A stretch of DNA of 7,686 nt from an uncultured virus (IMG/VR IMGVR_UViG_2049941000_000098) (Duplodnaviria; Heunggongvirae; Uroviricota; Caudoviricetes), in IMG/VR virus record IMGVR_UViG_2049941000_000098. One strand, written 5' to 3'. Within the stretch, counting starts at the first letter, position 1; every line of letters begins with the position of its first letter. Below the pieces are notes generated by a model. The model was not told the origin of the DNA. It did not search any database and worked only from the letters and a program-made list of their open reading frames with translations. This document shows, piece by piece, positions 1 through 5,627 of the stretch. The translations under genes and the position numbers were made by a program.

Positions 1-500
1 TTCATATTGTATGCACTATTTTTATAGATACGCTTGTTATGCTTATCACTATAATATGAGTTAATTTTTAACGTTTCATCGTCAATATCTGTTTCTTGTA
101 TTTTTGTGCCATCTGCTTTAAAAAGCGTAAACGAAAAACCATCATAATACCAATCAAACCACTGCTTACTTAAAGTGTTTATTCTTTCATGCGCATAATA
201 ATTTCCATTATCATAATCTCTCTGTGCTTCTTCTAATTCCTTGTTATGTTTCTTGTACCAATTTTGAGATTCATTTTTTATATCTTGTAATCTAAAATGA
301 ATCTCTTCCAATAATTCATTCAAAGTAAAACAAAACTCTGGTATGGCAACACCCTCCACTTCTACTTCTACCACTTCATCATTCTCGTCTGTTTCAACGG
401 AATAATCTGTACCATCTTCAAGTATCACTCCCATACCCGTTATATTATCAACGATATAAACTTCATTGTTCCAATCGTCAAATCGTTCTTGTAATGCCAT
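1..500 (-). CDS. Acidic hypothetical protein, >166 aa, 3' end beyond the window edge (missed by the ORF track)
   Basis: ATG at 500-498 opens MALQERFDDWNNEVYIVDNITGMGVILEDGTDYSVETDENDEVVEVEVEGVAIPEF...KRIYKNSAYNM with no stop down to base 1. A TAnnTTTG box lies about 25 nt upstream. The DNA is AT-rich. Confidence 0.85.
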   Translation of the reverse strand, partial: MALQERFDDWNNEVYIVDNITGMGVILEDGTDYSVETDENDEVVEVEVEGVAIPEFCFTLNELLEEIHFRLQDIKNESQNWYKKHNKELEEAQRDYDNGNYYAHERINTLSKQWFDWYYDGFSFTLFKADGTKIQETDIDDETLKINSYYSDKHNKRIYKNSAYNM

Positions 501-524
501 ATCCGTATCGTTTTAAATTCATTG

Positions 525-553
525 CAAATATATAAATAATTTCAATATTGCAA
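525..553 (-). promoter_or_regulatory. Bacteroidota primary-sigma promoter (-7 TATATTTG, -33 TTG)
   Basis: Minus strand reads TTG(553-551)-N18-TATATTTG(532-525). It is intergenic and upstream of the ATG at 500, matching the established (T)TTG-N~19-21-TAnnTTTG consensus with a slightly short spacer. Confidence 0.65.
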
Positions 554-568
554 CACGTTTCATAAAAT

Positions 569-1035
569 TTATATCCGTTCAATTATAGATTTGTCGAAAA
601 CCGCAATTTCGTCATAATCATCGCCCCAACCCGAATCGTTCGGAATACCGCGCAAATATACCGCTTGATAGCCCAATCTTCGTGCCGCCGCCGCCAAACA
701 ATCTGTCGATGTAACCGAATATCCTTCGGTCGCCTCCAACTCATCATCCTCTTGAATATTATATTTATCAAAGTCAGATGTTAACCCGTATATGTGTGTC
801 CATCCCTCTATCTCGAGTTTTAGTTCGTCCATCGGATTCCAAATATCAGCGTTCAAATCCAACAAATATTCAACGGCGTTCTCTTTTTTGTACCCTGTCA
901 TAGATTTGTCATAATAACTCAAGTTAAATGCAAAAAACAATCNNNNNNNNNNGTTACGTACCCGTCTTTTGTTTCCCTTCTCCGTTGTTCAAGTGATTTT
1001 GAATAATCACCACTGTCAAAAATACGTCCTATCAT
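569..1035 (-). CDS. Putative ADP-ribosyltransferase-fold protein (ART-PolyVal-like), interrupted by an N gap at 943-952
   Basis: ATG at 1035 gives MIGRIFDSGDYSKSLEQRRRETKDGYVT up to the gap. After the gap it reads (G/R)LFFAFNLSYY...AAARRLGYQAVYLRG...DEIAVFDKSIIERI*. This resembles the G-x-F/Y-F ... GYDG/AV ... E-x-x-VFD-x-x-x-I pattern of phage ART-PolyVal domains. The first catalytic motif would fall in the gap. Confidence 0.55.
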
Positions 1036-1047
1036 TTTATTCAAATT

Positions 1048-1314
1048 TTACAAAAAACATTCAATGTACGCCCCCGACACCATCAGTGTTTCAAGAATGT
1101 GCAGGGCGTACATCGCGTTGCGTTTCGCCCAACATTTGAACCCGTCGTCCGTCGGTTTGTCGTTCATCGCCTTATACGAATCCGACATACGTTCGTTGAC
1201 AACCGATTCGGGAAACACAAATCCCTTGTATATCAATTCACCGTCACCGTCTGTTCGCGGGTAATGGTTCACGGTTGGGATTCCAAGATATTTATGTTCG
1301 TGTTTCCGTTTCAT
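1048..1314 (-). CDS. Hypothetical phage protein, 88 aa
   Basis: ORF track. Its start overlaps the upstream stop (ATGA at 1314-1311), which implies translational coupling. Confidence 0.8.
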   Translation of the reverse strand: MKRKHEHKYLGIPTVNHYPRTDGDGELIYKGFVFPESVVNERMSDSYKAMNDKPTDDGFKCWAKRNAMYALHILETLMVSGAYIECFL

Positions 1315-1475
1315 AATGCGATGTATGTATTTTTGATTACACGGTACAATTGGGGTTTGGTGAAACGGGGGTCAATCACCGTCTTCCACCTGTTCCAAAA
1401 GTGCTTTCGGTATTGACGGATGTAATTCGTTTCCCCATTCTCATTCGTATTCCATTTGATAAACCGTGTTTCCAT
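1311..1475 (-). CDS. Small basic hypothetical protein, 54 aa (below ORF-track cutoff)
   Basis: Translated by hand: METRFIKWNTNENGETNYIRQYRKHFWNRWKTVIDPRFTKPQLYRVIKNTYIAL*. It has a TAATG overlap with the upstream gene and an ATGA overlap with the downstream gene. Confidence 0.75.
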   Translation of the reverse strand: METRFIKWNTNENGETNYIRQYRKHFWNRWKTVIDPRFTKPQLYRVIKNTYIAL

Positions 1476-1648
1476 TAGTCATCAAAATATTCAAATTGTT
1501 CACCTTGGACACCTTCGACGATTTCCGCAGAATTGAAATCAATAATGATTCGAGCCATCGGATGATAGTATTCACGCAGATATTCCACCAATGGTTCGAC
1601 AATGGTGCGGAAATCGGGTCTTTCGGTATTTTTTACGTCATTATCCAT
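1475..1648 (-). CDS. Small hypothetical phage protein, 57 aa (below ORF-track cutoff)
   Basis: Translated by hand: MDNDVKNTERPDFRTIVEPLVEYLREYYHPMARIIIDFNSAEIVEGVQGEQFEYFDD*. It starts 2 nt after the stop at 1651. The F-x-x-x-x-x-PL-x-x-YL...HP-x-x-x-III...SAE-x-x-EG pattern recalls a small unnamed phage protein family. Confidence 0.8.
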   Translation of the reverse strand: MDNDVKNTERPDFRTIVEPLVEYLREYYHPMARIIIDFNSAEIVEGVQGEQFEYFDD

Positions 1649-1650
1649 TG

Positions 1651-1860
1651 TTACTCCTCCACTTCACCCGTATCGTCAGCATGCGCCTGTTCCCATTCCT
1701 CTTTTTGCGCGTTAGTCCAAACCTCCCATTTATTAATTGCTGATTCACTTCTATTCGCTATATCACGCGCAAACATACGTGATTCGCCTGTACTTAATAC
1801 CTTTTGTGTGTACCATTGTCCTATCGGCAAATGCCAAACATGTTTCTCGTATTCACTCAT
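1651..1860 (-). CDS. 69-aa protein downstream of the putative tail fibre (possible fibre chaperone/accessory)
   Basis: ORF track; starts 8 nt after the large gene's stop. Short protein with a W-rich, acidic C-terminus. Function inferred from position only. Confidence 0.75.
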   Translation of the reverse strand: MSEYEKHVWHLPIGQWYTQKVLSTGESRMFARDIANRSESAINKWEVWTNAQKEEWEQAHADDTGEVEE

Positions 1861-1868
1861 AATGTTAT

Positions 1869-3281
1869 TTATTTGTCGTTTCCTAATACAAAATCACCTG
1901 TTCCACTATTACCGAACAGATTACCACTTACCTTATCGTACATGTAACCCGTTGTGCCTTTGCGGACAGGAATGAAATCGGCAATAAGATTACCATTATC
2001 CCAAATTTTCAAATAATAAAATCTACCTTCAAATTTTGTGTCAATATTATTAATGTTTTTGGCATGAAACAATGTTATTGTATCTGGGCTTTCAACAAAT
2101 TGTTCTACACCAGATATATCTTTTTCAACCCAATTATTATTATTTATTTTATATTTTAACGTAGTTGTTGAAAAATATATATCAATAATATTGTTTTTAG
2201 TATTGCCAACTGCACCCCAAGCATTACCGTTAGAACCATATAAGAACCATAAACTATCTACTTCTATCCTTCTTAACCTGTATCTTGTATTGCCTTGATG
2301 TGTACCAATTATATGAGTTCTATTTGATGCTGTTGGATTTTCAGGAATATTAATTTCCATAAATCTTGTTTCAAACACCGTTGTTGGCTTGAATTTAATA
2401 TTCGTATCAACCCATTGTGTGCCTGTTCCTTCTATATATTCAATTTCCGCATCAAAACTTGCATTAGCAATGGTGACATCGTAATTGTCTATCATATTTT
2501 GATAAGCAACTTGTATTGGACTACCTTGTATATCTATTTCACGCATTATCATGTTCCATACGTTTTGATGGAATGTTAATGTGATGTCATCTGCAACCGC
2601 ATTGAATATATTGACAACGGATTGCTCAGTAAGTTTTGAAGATTCCGCGAACAATAATGAAATTTTTATTGAATTTGGTTTTAATAACAAATTCTCAAGT
2701 TCGTATGTTCTCCAAAACATATTATCAACAGTTGCCAAAGATTCAAAATTTGCATTTGATAAATCAATGGTTTTTAAAGGTGTGGTATTAAACATTGACC
2801 ATGTACTCGTAGCACCTTCCATTCCAAACATAGATAAATCTAATTCTGTTAATTGTGAAAAGTGAACAAAGTTATTAAATTGTGTTGCAATATTGTTTGT
2901 ATATTTTTTTGAGAATACAAGTTTCTTTAAACTTGTGTTATTATAAAACGCGCGATAAAAAGTGGTTATCTTTGAAATATCGCACATTATATACAATTCA
3001 TCAATGTTTTGTTTGACATANNNNNNNNNNAATGAATCAAAAAAACTTGTTATTTCCCTATCCTGCACCCACTTCCATTTGCCATTACTATCTACAGGCA
3101 CAGTTATATCATTACCATTAATTTTAAATTTAAATGTTGAACTTCCATCTGTAACATGACCACTGATGTATGGTTTGACCTCCGTATCATCATACGCACC
3201 CATCACACCAACGTTACCCACGTCAGCGACACCGATATTGGCGCAACCAAGCACCGCCCTATCCAACACCGCCCTATTCAT
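1869..3281 (-). CDS. Putative receptor-binding/tail-fibre protein: pentapeptide N-terminus, BspA/DUF285-like LRR repeats, C-terminal ConA/LamG-like domain (~470 aa, N gap at 3021-3030)
   Basis: ATG at 3281 (MNRAVLDRAVLGCANIGVADVG) overlaps the upstream stop. LRR-like segments: LTELDLSMFGMEGATSTWSMF and LKTIDLSNANFESLATVDNMF, capped by SKLTEQSVVNIFN. The C-terminal YIEGTGTQWVDT...GRFYYLKIWDNGNLIADFIPVRK...MYDKVSGNLFGNSGTGDF is a beta-sandwich type common in gut/rumen phage tail proteins. Confidence 0.7.
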   Translation of the reverse strand: MNRAVLDRAVLGCANIGVADVGNVGVMGAYDDTEVKPYISGHVTDGSSTFKFKINGNDITVPVDSNGKWKWVQDREITSFFDSXXXXYVKQNIDELYIMCDISKITTFYRAFYNNTSLKKLVFSKKYTNNIATQFNNFVHFSQLTELDLSMFGMEGATSTWSMFNTTPLKTIDLSNANFESLATVDNMFWRTYELENLLLKPNSIKISLLFAESSKLTEQSVVNIFNAVADDITLTFHQNVWNMIMREIDIQGSPIQVAYQNMIDNYDVTIANASFDAEIEYIEGTGTQWVDTNIKFKPTTVFETRFMEINIPENPTASNRTHIIGTHQGNTRYRLRRIEVDSLWFLYGSNGNAWGAVGNTKNNIIDIYFSTTTLKYKINNNNWVEKDISGVEQFVESPDTITLFHAKNINNIDTKFEGRFYYLKIWDNGNLIADFIPVRKGTTGYMYDKVSGNLFGNSGTGDFVLGNDK

Positions 3282-3555
3282 AATAAGCACTTGTCGGTTG
3301 TACCGTTGTAACCACCTTGTAATATGCGTTCTCGCTCACTCCCGCAAGCGTCTTGCACCAAGTCAATCCCGTCCGTAACGCGTCGTTGTAACACATCTGC
3401 CAATTTGTCTGTGACAACGATTGCCATATCTCGATTCCGATACCCGTGAAATCAGGAACAGAACCGAATGTCAACTCGACAACTGCGTTCGATTCAAACT
3501 GAACAACGTCACTTTCATATTTGTCACCAACCTTTGTGAATGTTAAATCTGCCAT
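3274..3555 (-). CDS. 93-aa beta-rich putative virion/tail protein
   Basis: ORF track, TAG stop at 3276-3274. The MADLTFTKVGDKYES... N-terminus and ...KVVTTVQPTSAYY C-terminus resemble small proteins that precede fibre genes in Bacteroidales phages (recalled, not searched). Confidence 0.75.
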   Translation of the reverse strand: MADLTFTKVGDKYESDVVQFESNAVVELTFGSVPDFTGIGIEIWQSLSQTNWQMCYNDALRTGLTWCKTLAGVSENAYYKVVTTVQPTSAYYE

Positions 3556-3563
3556 AATTTATG

Positions 3564-3740
3564 TTAATTTATAATAGTTACNNNNNNNNNNTCGTTGCCA
3601 AAGAAAATGATTGCGCACGCCGTCGCGACAGCCATAAGGAACATACCGACGTACATATTCCCTATAAGGGAGATTATCACCGCGATGATAAACACCAACT
3701 GTGCGACCAAAAAAACCGTTGTGCGATTAAACATTTTCAT
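3564..3740 (-). CDS. Small membrane protein with two TM segments (holin-like candidate); 3' end uncertain because of the N gap at 3582-3591
   Basis: ATG at 3740 after an A-rich tract gives MKMFNRTTVFLVAQLVFIIAVIISLIGNMYVGMFLMAVATACAIIFFGND, which has two hydrophobic stretches. A promoter box lies upstream. Confidence 0.65.
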   Translation of the reverse strand: MKMFNRTTVFLVAQLVFIIAVIISLIGNMYVGMFLMAVATACAIIFFGNXXXXVTIIN

Positions 3741-3776
3741 TTTTACATACCGAAACAATTACATCATTTGCAAACA

Positions 3777-3784
3777 CAAATATA
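3777..3784 (-). promoter_or_regulatory. Bacteroidota -7 promoter box TATATTTG
   Basis: Same 8-mer as at 525, 4665 and 7675, and intergenic. No clean -33 TTTG is present because that region is occupied by the terminator hairpin. Confidence 0.55.
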
Positions 3785-3785
3785 C

Positions 3786-3822
3786 AAAAAAACGTGATTC
3801 CGAAAAACGAAACCACGTTTTT
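3786..3822 (-). terminator. Rho-independent terminator after the 258-aa Arg-rich gene
   Basis: Minus-strand RNA ACGUGGUUUCG-UUUUU-CGGAAUCACGU forms an 11-bp stem with 2 G.U pairs (3818-3792), followed by a U tract to 3786. It lies about 25 nt after the stop at 3845. Confidence 0.8.
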
Positions 3823-3844
3823 GATAAACATCAACCGTTGTTGA

Positions 3845-4621
3845 TTAGCCGCGAGGGGCTGGGCGACGCATACGGCTGTCGGCGGCGCGTCTTACCGACG
3901 GGCTGTCGGCGGTGCGTTTTGCGCGTGCGTCACGCACACGGCGTGCGGCGGCTAAAGCGCGGCTACGGCGTACACTGTCCGACACCGACATACGGCGTAC
4001 ACTGTCTTTCACAGACATACGGCGTGCTGTCGCGCCACGACGTGCCAAACCGTCTTTGATTCGGCGGCGAATCATCGCCAATTTGCGTGAATCGGCAACA
4101 TCGCGACGGCGTACAACATTGCGACGGCTGATTGAATCGGAAACTTCCTCATCTTCGTCAAATTCGGGTTCACCAGATTCGCTACCACCCTCATTACCAT
4201 CCTCGGGGATAAGTTCGCCAATCACCTCGAAAACCGCGCTGATAATGTCTTCCGACGCGTTCACAACCTCCTGCGGGTTGTCCTGTACCATTTCGTCAAG
4301 TACGTCAATCACGGCTTCGGTTGCCTCCTGTGTTGTTTCGGTTTCGGCAAGTTCGTCCTTGATGCGTTGACGGAGGCGCAAATACGATTTACTTGCGCTG
4401 TCTTGTTTGCGTGTCAGTCCCTGTACTGCCGATACGCGTTTTGTGGCAATACCTCGCATTGTCGGACGTGCCGAATCACTAATGCGGTTAATACCCGATG
4501 CCTTTCTTTCGGTCATACGATTCTTGGCATCCAAAATTCTTTTGCGTCGGTCAACTGCGCTGTCCGACACACGGTTGGATTTGTTTTGTACCTCTACCAA
4601 CCCGTTCAAAAAATCTGACAT
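3845..4621 (-). CDS. 258-aa Arg-rich/acidic tripartite protein; putative prohead core or DNA-condensing internal protein
   Basis: ORF track. It has its own promoter and terminator. Basic N-third, acidic middle, very Arg-rich C-third, with recurrent [VI]xD[S/A] motifs. It lies downstream of the portal gene. Confidence 0.85.
   Translation of the reverse strand: MSDFLNGLVEVQNKSNRVSDSAVDRRKRILDAKNRMTERKASGINRISDSARPTMRGIATKRVSAVQGLTRKQDSASKSYLRLRQRIKDELAETETTQEATEAVIDVLDEMVQDNPQEVVNASEDIISAVFEVIGELIPEDGNEGGSESGEPEFDEDEEVSDSISRRNVVRRRDVADSRKLAMIRRRIKDGLARRGATARRMSVKDSVRRMSVSDSVRRSRALAAARRVRDARAKRTADSPSVRRAADSRMRRPAPRG
3964..4025. repeat. 27-bp coding tandem repeat (RRMSVKDSV/RRMSVSDSV/RR)
   Basis: tacggcgtacactgtccgacaccgaca (3964-3990), tacggcgtacactgtctttcacagaca (3991-4017), then a partial tacggcgt. 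Confidence 0.9.
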
Positions 4622-4664
4622 AATGCAAAATTTGTTTAATTAAACATCTAATATTTTCGTTTCA

Positions 4665-4696
4665 CAAATATACGTATTTTTTCAAATTTTCACAAA
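4665..4696 (-). promoter_or_regulatory. Consensus Bacteroidota primary-sigma promoter
   Basis: Minus strand TTTG(4696-4693)-N20-TATATTTG(4672-4665) is a perfect -33/-7 match about 45 nt upstream of the ATG at 4621. Confidence 0.8.
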
Positions 4697-5260
4697 AAAG
4701 TACGAAAGTCCGCGTTTTGTGTTGTATTTGTACCCTAATTGTTTCATTTTATACGCCAATTCCAAATCGCGGTCGGGTTCGGTGACGGTGATTCGGATTT
4801 TGTTTTTGTACCGCACGACATCCGCGTTCAATATGTTTTCGCGGATTTCCATTATGTCGTCGTTTTGTCCGAAATTAAATTCGATTTGTTCGGGGCGCAC
4901 ATATTCCGTCGGTTGTCCCGATTCCGTAGGTTCGGGTTGTTCCGTGGGTTCGGGTTGTTCCGTGGGTTCGTCCGTAGGTTGCGTGTTTTTGTCGTCGCTG
5001 ACCGTTTCTGCCGTCGGTTCGGGTTGTTTCGGTTTCAGTTTCCCGTCAACATAGGCGATTAACGCCCCGTTGTCGGTTATTTCAGCCGCATGCTTCGTAC
5101 CGATGTACAACCACGTCACGGTGTCGTCGTCCGCGTTGTACTTACGTTGCGCGTAATCCTTGATTAACGTGTAAAGTTTGACCGATTTGTTCGGTTCAGG
5201 TTTGGTTCGGGTCGTCTCGCCTGACATTATCTGCGCCAAACCCATTGTAAAGTCGCTCAT
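4682..5260 (-). CDS. 192-aa two-domain hypothetical protein with a PEPTEQ linker; possible head-internal protein
   Basis: ORF track; A/CAA-rich upstream region. Its N-terminus MSDFTMGLAQI resembles MSDFLNGLVEV of the next gene. Confidence 0.85.
   Translation of the reverse strand: MSDFTMGLAQIMSGETTRTKPEPNKSVKLYTLIKDYAQRKYNADDDTVTWLYIGTKHAAEITDNGALIAYVDGKLKPKQPEPTAETVSDDKNTQPTDEPTEQPEPTEQPEPTESGQPTEYVRPEQIEFNFGQNDDIMEIRENILNADVVRYKNKIRITVTEPDRDLELAYKMKQLGYKYNTKRGLSYFFVKI
4922..4970. repeat. 18-bp coding tandem repeat (QPEPTE linker)
   Basis: ttccgtaggttcgggttg (4922-4939), ttccgtgggttcgggttg (4940-4957), partial ttccgtgggttcg (4958-4970). Confidence 0.9.
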
Positions 5261-5283
5261 TTCGTTGTTGTTTTTATTGTTGT

Positions 5284-5496
5284 TTATAAATCATTGTTAT
5301 CCATGTACTTGATTAAATCGTCAATAGAACCCTGTATCGACTGTATCTTTATACACAACGTGCGTTCAATTTCGTTGTCAATATCCTCGTAGTCGCGGAC
5401 ACCGTTGTCCTTTTCGAGCGAATGGACTATTCGCGTACCGCGTTCCTGTAATTTGACGGCGGAAATATAATACTTGTCAAGTGTGTTTCCATCCAT
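5284..5496 (-). CDS. 70-aa helical hypothetical protein
   Basis: The ATG at 5496 (MDGNTLDKYY...) follows an A-rich tract and is preferred over the ORF-track start at 5553, which lies inside the large hairpin. Confidence 0.75.
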   Translation of the reverse strand: MDGNTLDKYYISAVKLQERGTRIVHSLEKDNGVRDYEDIDNEIERTLCIKIQSIQGSIDDLIKYMDNNDL

Positions 5497-5521
5497 ACTA
5501 TTCGATTTTTGTCTGTGTTTT

Positions 5522-5575
5522 AAAAACCGAACCACGGACGGCACAGGGGACACCCCTATATCCGTCCGTAATCCG
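5522..5575 (-). terminator. Long 22-bp stem-loop followed by a U tract (terminator or attenuator) downstream of the portal
   Basis: Minus RNA CGGAUUACGGACGG-A-UAUAGGGG-UGU-CCCCUGUG-CCGUCCGUGGUUCG-G-UUUUU. All 5 non-Watson-Crick positions are G.U pairs on the minus strand only. Confidence 0.75.
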
Positions 5576-5576
5576 T

Positions 5577-5592
5577 AAACCCTTTCGGGTTT
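5577..5592 (-). other. GNRA-tetraloop hairpin
   Basis: Minus RNA AAACCC-GAAA-GGGUUU, one nt upstream of the long hairpin. Confidence 0.7.
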
Positions 5593-5595
5593 GTA

Positions 5596-5625
5596 TCACA
5601 ATAACAACAACAAAAGTGATTTCAT
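5596..5625 (-). CDS. Putative 9-aa leader peptide MKSLLLLLL
   Basis: ATG AAA TCA CTT TTG TTG TTG TTA TTG TGA begins 2 nt after the portal stop and is followed directly by the hairpins. Translation is unproven. Confidence 0.3.
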   Translation of the reverse strand: MKSLLLLLL

Positions 5626-5627
5626 AA

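Noticed and set aside
521..553. ATTGCAA repeat pair and CAATATTG palindrome as an operator
   Set aside because: These are short, AT-rich and largely explained by the promoter elements themselves.
653..660. Fifth TATATTTG box
   Set aside because: It lies inside the ART-like coding region (VYLR codons) and has no properly spaced -33 element.
583..771. 62-aa alternative-frame ORF
   Set aside because: It is fully nested in the ART-like gene and has no independent support.
1869..3281. Diversity-generating retroelement target (Asn-rich receptor-binding gene)
   Set aside because: No template/variable repeat pair and no reverse transcriptase is visible in this window. It cannot be excluded elsewhere in the genome.
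3964..4970. Tandem repeats as a CRISPR array or origin iterons
   Set aside because: The units are multiples of 3 (27 and 18 bp), have no spacers, and lie in-frame within coding sequence.
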